Source: Chloroflexota bacterium (GTDB taxonomy: Bacteria > Chloroflexota > UBA11872 > VXOZ01). From it: 64,000 nt of DNA. The DNA lies in NCBI GenBank assembly GCA_965220045.1, contig OZ244803.1, positions 2,177,585 to 2,241,584 on the forward strand. The letters are read 5' to 3'. Each line of letters starts with the position of its first letter. Within the stretch, counting starts at the first letter, position 1. The translations under genes were made by a program, and so were the position numbers. The notes beneath the pieces were generated by a model. That model was not told where the DNA came from and made no database searches. It was given only the letters and a program-made list of their open reading frames with translations. Below, piece by piece: positions 8,850 through 17,172 of this stretch.

Positions 8850-9524
8850 GTGTGCAGTGAATCCAATCCGAAAACACAGCCTGGTAGGTCTCAACTGAAT
8901 ACGAAGCCACAGTCAGAGCCGGCGGCAACCAGGCCGGTCGTCAACATGGTAGGCGATAGGGTCGCGCTGGGACCATTGCGCAAGGACCTGGTGCCAACCT
9001 ACACGCGGTGGTACAACGACTTCCAAACGCTGCGCACGCTTGACACAATCCCAGGGCCGCTTACGAATGAGCAAGACGAGCGGCAGCATGAGCGCTTGGT
9101 TGCGCTCAGCCAGACCCAAGCCTCCTTCACGGTCTACGAGCGATCGAGTTGCCGACCCATCGGCAGTGCCGGCCTCCTCGAGATCGATTACCGCAACCGC
9201 ACCGCCGAGCTGGCCCTCGCCATTGCCGAACCGGACGCTCGCGGCAAAGGCTACGGCACGGAAACAACGCAACTCGTCGTTGACTATGCGTTTACGGCCT
9301 TGGGCTTGCACAACGTGATGCTAACGGTGTTTGAGTTCAATTTGGCCGGCATTCGCGTCTACACGAAGGTCGGCTTCAAGGAGTTCGGCCGCCGCCGCGA
9401 GAGCATCTTCATGGGCGGCAAGCTGTGGGACATCATCCTCATGGAATGCTTGTCCACAGAGTGGGAGCCCGAGCCCGGTGCTGGCGCAGGTCTTCAAGCC
9501 GGACGAACCCCGGTAGCTCGTTGA
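8850..9524 (+). CDS. GNAT family N-acetyltransferase, paralog 2 of 5 (C-terminal tail frame-shifted relative to paralogs)
   Basis: Same conserved blocks as paralog 1. Its last ~20 codons read …STEWEPEPGAGAGLQAGRTPVAR, whereas the +1 frame (ORF 9331..9516) carries the family-conserved …SPSPVLAQVFKPDEPR tail. Start uncertain (GTG 8850 or downstream). Confidence 0.65.
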   Translation: MCSESNPKTQPGRSQLNTKPQSEPAATRPVVNMVGDRVALGPLRKDLVPTYTRWYNDFQTLRTLDTIPGPLTNEQDERQHERLVALSQTQASFTVYERSSCRPIGSAGLLEIDYRNRTAELALAIAEPDARGKGYGTETTQLVVDYAFTALGLHNVMLTVFEFNLAGIRVYTKVGFKEFGRRRESIFMGGKLWDIILMECLSTEWEPEPGAGAGLQAGRTPVAR

Positions 9525-9543
9525 ATGCAGAAGTGACGGCTTC

Positions 9544-9597
9544 CGTTCGCCCTGAGCACTTCGACAAGCTCAGTACAGGCTTGTCGAAGGGTGAACC
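9544..9597. repeat. LSLSKG-family palindromic hairpin repeat (GTTCGCCCTGAGC…CTTCGACAAGC/GCTTGTCGAAG…GGGTGAAC), complete inverted-pair copy
   Basis: ccgttcgccctgagcacttcgacaagctcagtacaggcttgtcgaagggtgaacc. The arms are exact reverse complements (cttcgacaagc / gcttgtcgaag). The same family recurs many times in the window. Confidence 0.75.
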
Positions 9598-9767
9598 ATC
9601 GCAAAGAAGTGTTCGCCTAGACGCACATCATCGTTCATGCCTCGACAGGGGCTCTGCGCAGCCGGCTGCGCGCAGCCCTCAGCATGAACGGCGCATGCAC
9701 GACCGAAGTGAAAGAAACTGAAACGCAATCTTCAACCGCTCTGTACAAGGATGCAGGTAGTTCTCAA

Positions 9768-10400
9768 ATGGATGCAAAGCCAGAGAGCAAGTCACCGGGA
9801 ACCCCATCGCCGATCTTCAATATCGTCGGGGAGAAAGTGGCCCTCGGCCCCCTGCGCAAGGATCTGGTGCCTACCTATTTGCGCTGGTTCAACGACTACG
9901 GCACCATGCGTACGCTGGGCATAATGCCGGTGCCGCTGACCTTGGAACAAGAAGAAAAGTGGTACGAGAATGCAATCTCTCGCAGGGACACGGATATTGC
10001 CTTTACAATCTATGAAAAGGCCACCGAGCGGCCCATTGGTAACGTTGATTTCCATGAAATCGATCACCGCAACCGCACTGCCGAATTCGGCATTGCCATC
10101 GGTGAGCCGGACGCACGCGGCAAGGGCTATGGCACGGAAGCAACCCAACTCATGCTCGACTACGCGTTCACGGCGCTGGGCCTGCACAACGTGATGCTGC
10201 TGGTATTCGCCTATAATCTCGCCGGTATCCGCGCGTACTCCAATGCCGGTTTCAGACAATTCGGCCGCCGCCGCGAGAGCAAATTCATGGGCGGCAAGTA
10301 TTGGGACGTGATTCACATGGAATGCCTTGCCACTGAATGGGGCCCAAGCCCCGTGCTCGCTGCAGTATTCAAGCCGGACGAGCCGCGCCCGATCGCATAG
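9768..10400 (+). CDS. GNAT family N-acetyltransferase, paralog 3 of 5
   Basis: Start chosen at MDAKPESKSPGTPSPIFNIVGEKVALGP… . The longer track ORF from 9684 is probably an extension. Same GNAT core and conserved C-terminal …ECLATEWGPSPVLAAVFKPDEPR. Confidence 0.7.
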   Translation: MDAKPESKSPGTPSPIFNIVGEKVALGPLRKDLVPTYLRWFNDYGTMRTLGIMPVPLTLEQEEKWYENAISRRDTDIAFTIYEKATERPIGNVDFHEIDHRNRTAEFGIAIGEPDARGKGYGTEATQLMLDYAFTALGLHNVMLLVFAYNLAGIRAYSNAGFRQFGRRRESKFMGGKYWDVIHMECLATEWGPSPVLAAVFKPDEPRPIA

Positions 10401-10605
10401 CAGCCATCACCCGTTGCCCATCGACAGGCTCAGAGCAAGACCCGACAATGTGGAACATCGCAGGTCGCTCCCAGCCCATCAGACGACGAAGTATAGACAT
10501 TCGAAAGACAAGCACAATTGGTTCGAGCGGCACTATCAAGCCCACAGCAAGAAGACGGTGGAGCTCAATGCGACCGGTCAAACCAAGAACACAGGAAGGT
10601 TACAA

Positions 10606-11229
10606 GTGAGCACAAAACCGCAAGATGACTCACCCGAATCCACGCCGCCAATCTTCAACATCGTTGGCGAGAACGTGGCCCTCGGCCCCCTGCGCAAAGA
10701 CCTGGTCCCTCTCTACACGCGCTGGTTCAATGACTTTGGCACCCTGCGCACGCTAGGCGCGATGCCCGTGCCGCTTACCTTGGAACAGGAAGAAAAGTGG
10801 TACGAACGCGCGATCTCGCGCGGCGACACCGACATAGCCTTCACAATCTATGCAAAGGCCGACGAGCGTCCCATCGGCAACACCGGCCTTCACGAGATCG
10901 ATCACCGCAACCGCACTGCCCTCTTCGGCATCACGATTGGCGAACCGGACGCCCGCGGCAAGGGCTACGGCACCGAAGCCACCCAACTCATGCTCGACTT
11001 CGCCTTCACGGTGCAGGGCCTCCACAACGTCATGCTCCACGTCCACGAATACAACCTTGCCGGCATCCGCGCCTACACAAAGGCCGGCTTCAAGGAGTTC
11101 GGCCGCCGCCGCGAATGCCACTTCATGGGCGGCAAGTACTGGGACCTAATCCACATGGAGTGCCTGGCCTCCGAGTGGGGGCCTAGCCCCGTGCTGGCCG
11201 CAGTCTTCAAGCCGGACGAGCCGCGGTAG
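10606..11229 (+). CDS. GNAT family N-acetyltransferase, paralog 4 of 5
   Basis: Start chosen at GTG 10606 (VSTKPQDDSPESTPPIFNIVGENVALGP…), preceded by AGGAAGG at 10593-10599. The 300-aa track ORF from 10327 is a spurious 5' extension. Conserved GNAT core and C-terminal tail. Confidence 0.7.
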   Translation: MSTKPQDDSPESTPPIFNIVGENVALGPLRKDLVPLYTRWFNDFGTLRTLGAMPVPLTLEQEEKWYERAISRGDTDIAFTIYAKADERPIGNTGLHEIDHRNRTALFGITIGEPDARGKGYGTEATQLMLDFAFTVQGLHNVMLHVHEYNLAGIRAYTKAGFKEFGRRRECHFMGGKYWDLIHMECLASEWGPSPVLAAVFKPDEPR

Positions 11230-11254
11230 TTCTTGTATGTAGAAGTAACGGCTT

Positions 11255-11305
11255 CCGTTCGCCCTGAGCCTGTCGCAGGGTCTCCCTGAGCCTGTCGAAG
11301 GGTCA
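11255..11305. repeat. LSLSKG-family repeat, tandem half-elements
   Basis: ccgttcgccctgagcctgtcgcagggtctccctgagcctgtcgaagggtcaac. Confidence 0.7.
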
Positions 11306-11348
11306 ACTGCGAAAGTGCGATCTCGTCTAGCCCCTTTCCGCAATTCAT

Positions 11349-11389
11349 GCTTCGACAAGGGCGTCACGAAGCCCACTCAGCACGAACGG
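11349..11389. repeat. LSLSKG-family repeat, reverse-orientation half-element (CTTCGACAAGGGC…CACTCAGCACGAACGG)
   Basis: gcttcgacaagggcgtcacgaagcccactcagcacgaacgg. The 3' part (cccactcagcacgaacgg) is repeated verbatim at 57374-57392. Confidence 0.6.
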
Positions 11390-11418
11390 GAATGGGGTTC
11401 CTGTACTCGAGCCAATAG

Positions 11419-11470
11419 CCGTTCGCCCTGAGCCTGTCGAAGGGTCTCCCCGAGCCTGTTGCAAGTCGAG
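11419..11470. repeat. LSLSKG-family repeat overlapping the annotated start of GNAT paralog 5
   Basis: ccgttcgccctgagcctgtcgaagggtctccccgagcctgttgcaagtcgagc. Confidence 0.7.
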
Positions 11471-12106
11471 CCGAGCAGATCACTGATAACTACCAATTCA
11501 AATGCGGAGCCACCAGTGCCACAGCCCGTAGTCAACATCGCGGGCGAGCAAGTAGCGCTCGGTCCCATGTGCAAGGACCTGATCCCTGCCTACGTGCGCT
11601 GGTACAACAACCTGCACATGCTGCGCTCGCTCGGCGACATTCCGCAGCCGCTGACACCGGCACAGAAAGAGCAATGGTACCAAAACGCCAATAAAGCCAG
11701 TGGCTCGAATATCACCTTCACGATATACGAGCACGAAACCGCACGTCCTATCGGGATAACCGGCCTCTATGGAGTCGATCACCGAAACCGCACCGCCGAA
11801 TTCGCGTTCACGATTGCCGAGCCGGACGCCCGCGGCCAGGGCTTCGGCACGGAGGCAACACGACTGATGCTCGACTACGCGTTCACGGTGCTGGGTCTGC
11901 ACAACGTGATGCTGCGGGTTTTCTTCTTCAATGTCGCCGGCATCCGCACCTACACGAGAGCCGGCTTCAAGGAGTTTGGCCGCCGCCGTGAATGCTACGA
12001 GATGGGCGGCAAGAGCTGGGACGTGATCTACATGGAGTGCTTGGCCTCAGAATGGGGTCCAAGCCCGCTGCTGGCTCAGGTCTTCAAGCCGGACGCATCG
12101 CGGTAG
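11459..12106 (+). CDS. GNAT family N-acetyltransferase, paralog 5 of 5
   Basis: Conserved core (…HRNRTAEFAFTIAEPDARGQGFGTEATRLMLDYAFTVLGLHNVML…) and tail …SEWGPSPLLAQVFKPDASR. The TTG 11459 start lies inside a hairpin repeat. An alternative GTG at ~11516 with GGAG 7 nt upstream is at least as plausible. Confidence 0.65.
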   Translation: MQVEPSRSLITTNSNAEPPVPQPVVNIAGEQVALGPMCKDLIPAYVRWYNNLHMLRSLGDIPQPLTPAQKEQWYQNANKASGSNITFTIYEHETARPIGITGLYGVDHRNRTAEFAFTIAEPDARGQGFGTEATRLMLDYAFTVLGLHNVMLRVFFFNVAGIRTYTRAGFKEFGRRRECYEMGGKSWDVIYMECLASEWGPSPLLAQVFKPDASR

Positions 12107-12174
12107 TTCAGCCAAGCAGTAGCTCTCGTTCGTCAGGGCCCGACCCAGACTAGCACCCAAGGCGGTTGCTCTCT

Positions 12175-12222
12175 GTCACTCCGGCGAAAAGCCTGCCCCG
12201 TACTCGATACGGGGCCGGAGTC
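12175..12222. repeat. Composite palindromic repeat (GTCACTCCGGCGAAAAGCC + CCCCGTACTCGATACGGGGCC hairpin), reverse orientation of the 29054-29104 copy
   Basis: gtcactccggcgaaaagcctgccccgtactcgatacggggccggagtc. This is the reverse complement of ggactccggccccgtatcgagtacggggccggcttttcgccggagtgac at 29054-29104. Confidence 0.7.
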
Positions 12223-12434
12223 TAGGGCCCACGGAGAAGCTAGATTCCCGCTTGCGCGGGATTGACCATTTCTAGGATTCAGCCAAGTCCCTTTCTTCTA
12301 CGGGATTGTGTGATTTAGCCGAGAATCCATTATTTGGGCCGTTCGAAGGGGTTCCCCTCCCAAATCGGTGAATTAGCGGGAGAAGTTTAGGGGTCCAGTT
12401 GTCGGTGTACCCAGCGAAAGTCCTTTGAGAATGA

Positions 12435-12540
12435 AACCGTTTGCCCTGAGCCTGCCAAAGGGCAAACCGTGAAGACAACATAGTCCCAGCACCCTCAGTC
12501 CGCTCATACTTCGACGAGCTCAGCACGAACGGACTGAGGG
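12435..12540. repeat. Two adjacent LSLSKG-family hairpins (9-bp stem GTTTGCCCT/AGGGCAAAC; 11-bp stem CCCTCAGTCCG/CGGACTGAGGG enclosing a cttcgacgagctcagcacgaacgg core)
   Basis: aaccgtttgccctgagcctgccaaagggcaaaccgtg … ccctcagtccgctcatacttcgacgagctcagcacgaacggactgaggg. Confidence 0.65.
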
Positions 12541-12573
12541 CGCTATTTTGGAAACTCGAGCCATATTTTGCAA

Positions 12574-13359
12574 TTAAGACATGCCCAAGCGCTTCTCCAG
12601 GAATTCACGGTTGTACACCGCCGCAGCCCGCGCATCGTCGCCGGTGGCGGTCTCCAGCACCAGCCAGCCGTCGTAGTCGATGGCGTCGATTGCCGCAAAG
12701 ATTGCGTCCCAGTCCAGCGGCCCGTCGCCCATGAGCGGGATGCGGTCCGGTTCTTTGGTATGGATTTGGGAGACCAATTCGCCGAGCGCCCGGAGATCTG
12801 CAGCGGGATCAAACCCCTGCGTGTGGGCGTTGCCAACGTCGAAGTAGACGCCGATCTGCGGCGAATCAATGGCGGCGACCAAGCGGCGGAAGCGCTCCAC
12901 CGACTGCGGATGCGTGCGGCCCACGCTTTCCGGCGCCATCACCACGCCCGCGCGTTCCGCTGCGGGCATGATCTCGCTGAAAGCATCCACCCAACGGGCA
13001 AACGACTCGTCATAGGGCTGCTCGGGCGGAGCGTCCATGGCGCAGAGTATGAGACGTGCATCCAGGTAGTCTGCGGCCGCAATCGTCTCCGTGGCCACAC
13101 GGACGCCCTGCGCCCGCGCGGCGGCATCGCCCGTCAGCATCACGCCCAAATTGCCGACGCACAGCGAGCAAACTGCCACGCCCGTTTCGGAGGTCTGCGC
13201 TTTCAGCAGATCCCAACCGGCGCGATCGGCAAGTACATTCCCTGCCGGGTCGCGGGCGCTGATGGAGAACTCCACGCCCGCAAAACCCAATTCCGCCGCC
13301 AACGGCAAGGCATCCCCGCCGTCCACGCCGATTGAACCCGTACGTGTGCCGATTCTCAT
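12574..13359 (-). CDS. sugar phosphate isomerase/epimerase (xylose-isomerase-like TIM barrel, AP endonuclease 2 family)
   Basis: 261 aa. …GVYFDVGNAHTQGFDPAADLRALGELVSQIHTKE…DGWLVLETATGDD… is typical of the metal-binding TIM-barrel family. ATG confirmed from sequence at 13359. Confidence 0.65.
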   Translation of the reverse strand: MRIGTRTGSIGVDGGDALPLAAELGFAGVEFSISARDPAGNVLADRAGWDLLKAQTSETGVAVCSLCVGNLGVMLTGDAAARAQGVRVATETIAAADYLDARLILCAMDAPPEQPYDESFARWVDAFSEIMPAAERAGVVMAPESVGRTHPQSVERFRRLVAAIDSPQIGVYFDVGNAHTQGFDPAADLRALGELVSQIHTKEPDRIPLMGDGPLDWDAIFAAIDAIDYDGWLVLETATGDDARAAAVYNREFLEKRLGMS

Positions 13360-13361
13360 TG

Positions 13362-14393
13362 CTAAACCACTTCCAGGTCGTCGGTGAGACGCACCTCGCG
13401 CCGCAACTCCGCCGACTTCTGGGCGGCATACGTGAAGGCAAACGACCGCAGCGAGTCGGAGTAGGGCGACAGGATTCCATCCTGTGTGTTGTTTGCCACG
13501 GCGTTCACGAATGTCTGGTTGAGCAGGAGGTTGGAATCCTGATCGGACGTGATGGTCTCCGGCTCCTGTCCCGTACGCAATACCGTCGTGCTATCGAATC
13601 CTACGGTCACGGTCAGGTCTTTCGCGAGAATGTGGACCACGTTGGTGATGTTTGGCGGTACGCCGGCATCTGCCGCGGGCGAGTTGCCGATCATGCCCAC
13701 CGCCCGGTTCTTGAAGCGCACGGTCACCGCGTTCACGTCAAAGATGTTCAGGTTCGGCACGTCCGTGAGCAACACAGTATCGCCGGCGGCGTAGAAGGTG
13801 TCCGGTTCACCCACGAAGTAGCGCACCAGGTCGATACCGTGCGTGTGCTGCTCGATGAGCATGCCGCCGGATTGCTCCTGCACCCGCCACCACGGCGTGC
13901 CCGGCAACTGGCCCCAGCGCACGGCAATGACCATGCCAATCGTCACCCCTTCCAACAGCGCGCGCGTTTGACCGATAGATGGCGCATACCGCATCTGGTA
14001 GCCGACGGAATTCACTATCCCCTTCTCTTCAATGTGGGCCGCAATCTCCTTAGCTACGGAAAGCTCGAGAGCGATGGGCTTCTCAATCAAGACCGCCTTG
14101 CCGGCCGCAATCACGTCATGGTCGATCTGACCGTGCGCAAACGTGGGCAAGGAAATGTAGACCGCATCCATTTCCACGGCGTCGAGCATCGCCCGGTGAT
14201 CGGAAAAGAGCCCCGGCTGGATGGGACTGGCCCCATCGGGCAAAGAGCCATTGATCGTGTCCACGGCTCCCGCGCAGCGCGGTTCATCAATATCGCTTAG
14301 ACCTACAATTTCCGCATCAGGAATCTGAACCAGGTCGCGCACCTCACGCACGGACCGCCCGCCAACGCCAATGATGCCAATTCTCACTGCCAC
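13362..14393 (-). CDS. Gfo/Idh/MocA family NAD(P)-dependent oxidoreductase
   Basis: N-terminal Rossmann motif VRIGIIGVGGRS…, then …AVYISLPTFAHGQIDHDVIAAGKAVLIEKPIALELSVAKEI… (EKP motif) and C-terminal alpha/beta domain. GTG start. 2 nt from the downstream isomerase gene (operon). Confidence 0.8.
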   Translation of the reverse strand: MAVRIGIIGVGGRSVREVRDLVQIPDAEIVGLSDIDEPRCAGAVDTINGSLPDGASPIQPGLFSDHRAMLDAVEMDAVYISLPTFAHGQIDHDVIAAGKAVLIEKPIALELSVAKEIAAHIEEKGIVNSVGYQMRYAPSIGQTRALLEGVTIGMVIAVRWGQLPGTPWWRVQEQSGGMLIEQHTHGIDLVRYFVGEPDTFYAAGDTVLLTDVPNLNIFDVNAVTVRFKNRAVGMIGNSPAADAGVPPNITNVVHILAKDLTVTVGFDSTTVLRTGQEPETITSDQDSNLLLNQTFVNAVANNTQDGILSPYSDSLRSFAFTYAAQKSAELRREVRLTDDLEVV

Positions 14394-14788
14394 GGCAACT
14401 TACTCCCTTCAATGGTGCGCTCGCTTCGCTAGCGCGGATGAGCCGGCGCCACGTGCGCCGGCCGCTTCTCAGCCTATTGTACGTGGCACCGGATGAAACA
14501 CAAAATCGCCGCATGCAAGTGAATGCTCCTGGGGTCTCTTGCCCTCGAGCCGAAGGGTAGCTACCTGTAATCAGGGAGACTTCTGTGCCCGTCATTCCTG
14601 CTTTCGCCAAATTCCGGAATGTTCTGAGGCGGCGCTATGGGTAATGGTCATGCCTACTCATTGCAATCCCGTCCATCCCCACAACAGGTCTCGTGAAGGT
14701 CCGCGCAGCCTGCGAAGGCACTTTGTCGCACCGTTTGGCGCAGACTATACTAGGCCGTAAGAAGCCTGAAGCCACAGGAGTTCCATTC

Positions 14789-15724
14789 ATGCAATTGACC
14801 GGCATCTATCCACCGCTTGCCACGCCTTTTGTCAACCAAGATCTGGCACTGGACCTCCTTGCGGAAAACGTCAGGAAGCTCGCGCCTACCGGTCTGACAG
14901 GATTCGTCGCACTGGGCTCCAACGGCGAATTGCCCGCTCTTACGGAAACCGAAAAGCTGCAAGTCCTCGAAACCGTTGTGTCAAGCGCCTTTGAGGAATC
15001 TCAAGTGATCGTTGGCGTAGGCTATGAGTCGACGAAACAGGCGTTAGCCTTCATCGAAGCGGCGGCTGCGCGCGGCGCCCACGCCGCTTTAGTGCTGCCG
15101 CCTTCCTACTATAAGTCTGCATTGACTCCGGACACCCTGCGCGCCTATTACACCGCCCTGGCAGACCGCGCCGACCTGCCGCTCCTGATCTACAACATGC
15201 CTGCCAACACCGGCATCAACGTTGGGCCCGACGTTATTGTCCCTCTGGCGCAGCATCCGCGCATCATCGGCTTGAAGGACAGCTCCGGCAACATCGTGCA
15301 GATCACCGAAGTCATCCGGCAAACGCAAGACGAAGACTTTGCGGTCATGGCGGGATCGGCGAGCTTTCTCTTCACGTCCCTCTGCGTGGGCGCCTCCGGC
15401 GGCGTGGCTGCGCTGGCGAATCTTGCGCCGCGTGAGTGCGTGCAGCTATTCGCACACTTCCGGCGGGGCGAGATGGACAGGGCGCGGGAACTTCAGTACC
15501 GGCTGATGGCGCCCAATGCCGCTGTTACGACCCGATTCGGTGTCGCCGGGCTCAAAGCCGCGATGACCCTCTGCGGTTACCAGGGCGGCGCACCCCGCCA
15601 CCCGCTTACGCCGCTGCCGGCCGCACAGCATGAAACCGTGCGCTCCATCCTTGCCGAGGCTCGCCTGCTTCCTGAAGACGCCAGGCCCCATGCCTTTGCC
15701 GGTAGCGCTGCCGCTGAGCGCTGA
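14789..15724 (+). CDS. dihydrodipicolinate synthase/N-acetylneuraminate lyase family (DapA-like class I aldolase)
   Basis: Start MQLTGIYPPLATPF… with GGAG 8 nt upstream (14777-14780). The track ORF from 14693 is a 5' extension. …GLTGFVALGSNGELPALTETEK…VGVG…, …LPPSYYK…, …GLKDSSGN… (Schiff-base Lys block) are typical of the DapA/NAL family. Divergent from the oxidoreductase operon. Confidence 0.75.
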   Translation: MQLTGIYPPLATPFVNQDLALDLLAENVRKLAPTGLTGFVALGSNGELPALTETEKLQVLETVVSSAFEESQVIVGVGYESTKQALAFIEAAAARGAHAALVLPPSYYKSALTPDTLRAYYTALADRADLPLLIYNMPANTGINVGPDVIVPLAQHPRIIGLKDSSGNIVQITEVIRQTQDEDFAVMAGSASFLFTSLCVGASGGVAALANLAPRECVQLFAHFRRGEMDRARELQYRLMAPNAAVTTRFGVAGLKAAMTLCGYQGGAPRHPLTPLPAAQHETVRSILAEARLLPEDARPHAFAGSAAAER

Positions 15725-15912
15725 ACAGCCTCGCTTGCAGCAATGTGAACGGAAGAGCCAGTGACTATGAGCAATCACACTAAGCCCGGCAAACTGCTTC
15801 ACAGCGGCGCTCCGACCTACTCTTTAGTCTGCAAGAAATCACGGTCCTCGCTGCCGGATATGTGATTGTGGCACAGTAAACCAGCTTTTTGCTGCTTTTT
15901 CTGTGAATTTAC

Positions 15913-15942
15913 TTGACTAATTGCTACAAAGAGTTTTATAAT
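15913..15942 (+). promoter_or_regulatory. sigma70-type promoter (TTGACT-18 nt-TATAAT) for the PspC-domain gene
   Basis: TTGACT at 15913-15918, TATAAT at 15937-15942, embedded in a 150-bp AT-rich tract unusual for this window. GAGGAGGA RBS at ~15974-15981 before ATG 15988. Confidence 0.5.
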
Positions 15943-15987
15943 CCTAAAGAGCATGTTTAGACTTGACGCACCGAGGAGGAGTGAGCG

Positions 15988-17148
15988 ATGGCTGAGACGG
16001 TAGAACCCGCCGTGCGGCGCCTCATGCGGAGCCGGTCCGATCGTACGTTGGCCGGAGTCTGTGGGGGCCTCGCGGACTACATTGACTGGGACCCCACCAT
16101 CGTTCGTCTGCTCTGGATACTGGCAGTCTTTCTCACCAGCGGCATGGCAGTACTCGCATACATTGTGCTTTGGATCGTCATGCCGGAGTCACCGTCTTTC
16201 ACCAATGCAGACGTAGAATTCGCGCACGGTAAACGCCTCACGCGCAGCCGGGACGAGCGCATGCTTGCGGGTGTGTGCGGCGGCCTTGCCGAATTTCTGA
16301 GCATGGACATTACGCTCATGCGCGTGCTCTGGGTCGTCGCCACCTTCATCAGTGGCGGCGTCACGCTCATCGCCTACCCCATTTTCTGGCTGGTCATGCC
16401 GGAAAGCGGACGGATTACGTCGGCCGCCGACGATACCTTCAAAGACGTCGCGGAACGCGTTGACCCGGTTGTTGAACGGATCGGCGACCGTGTGCGCGAG
16501 ACGTTCAATCGAGAACCGCGCGCTGCCGATCCCGCCGCTGCCAAGCGTGCCCAAGAACAGGAACTGGAGAACGAAATTCTCGGCATCAGCGAGGAGGACC
16601 TGGAAGGTGAGCAGCGCCAAGCTGTTGCAAAACCGACGGTCAAAGCGAAGCACCGCTGGTTGCCCCTGCTTGGAGCCGGACTGATCACTGTGGGCCTCAT
16701 TGTGCTCTCCGACAACGTTGACTGGGTGTGGTTCTCCCCCGAGTCGCTGGTTATCCTCGTCATTGGCGCACTCCTGCTCTTCTACCGCAGCGGCGAAGGG
16801 CCGCGGGCGGCGTGGCGCACCTGGGTCGGCGGGGGTTTGGTACTCCTTAGCCTTCTTTCGCTGTTGGACAGCCTGAACGTCTTCTGGTTTTCGGAAGGAA
16901 TTCTCGGCGTTTTCCTTATCATTGGAATCGGCCTTGTGATGCTCCTTCACAGAAAGCGGACGATACCCCGACCGGCGTGGCGCACCTGGGTCGGTGGGGG
17001 TTTGGTAGCCTTTGGCGGACTAATCCTCATCGATAACTACATGCCCTCGTTTGTGTCCGATCTCACCTGGCCGATGGCCCTGATCGGCCTGGGCGCACTA
17101 CTCCTGTGGCAGTGGAGCCGTCGCAGAGAAGCCAGCAACGGAAGCTGA
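15988..17148 (+). CDS. PspC domain-containing membrane protein (two tandem PspC domains + multi-TM C-terminal region)
   Basis: Two copies of the PspC motif (…RSRSDRTLAGVCGGLADYIDWDPTIVRLLWILAVFLTSG… and …RSRDERMLAGVCGGLAEFLSMDITLMRVLWVVATFISGG…). The C-terminal part has an internal repeat (…PRAAWRTWVGGGLV… twice) and several hydrophobic helices. Confidence 0.7.
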   Translation: MAETVEPAVRRLMRSRSDRTLAGVCGGLADYIDWDPTIVRLLWILAVFLTSGMAVLAYIVLWIVMPESPSFTNADVEFAHGKRLTRSRDERMLAGVCGGLAEFLSMDITLMRVLWVVATFISGGVTLIAYPIFWLVMPESGRITSAADDTFKDVAERVDPVVERIGDRVRETFNREPRAADPAAAKRAQEQELENEILGISEEDLEGEQRQAVAKPTVKAKHRWLPLLGAGLITVGLIVLSDNVDWVWFSPESLVILVIGALLLFYRSGEGPRAAWRTWVGGGLVLLSLLSLLDSLNVFWFSEGILGVFLIIGIGLVMLLHRKRTIPRPAWRTWVGGGLVAFGGLILIDNYMPSFVSDLTWPMALIGLGALLLWQWSRRREASNGS

Positions 17149-17172
17149 CGAATTGACCGCGGAAAAACAAAG

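Noticed and set aside
10327-10605. 5' extensions of track ORFs (10327 for GNAT4, 9684 for GNAT3, 23995 for ychF, 17221 for DegT-2, 14693 for the DapA-like gene, 7887 for the ABC ATPase, 20865 for hyuB, 36904/38986 for the DUF3604 genes, 23702 for the racemase-like gene, 57576 for the ThuA-like gene)
   Set aside because: In each case an internal start with a recognisable RBS, a coupling overlap, or an N-terminus matching the family consensus is present. The upstream extension is low-complexity read-through typical of high-GC DNA.
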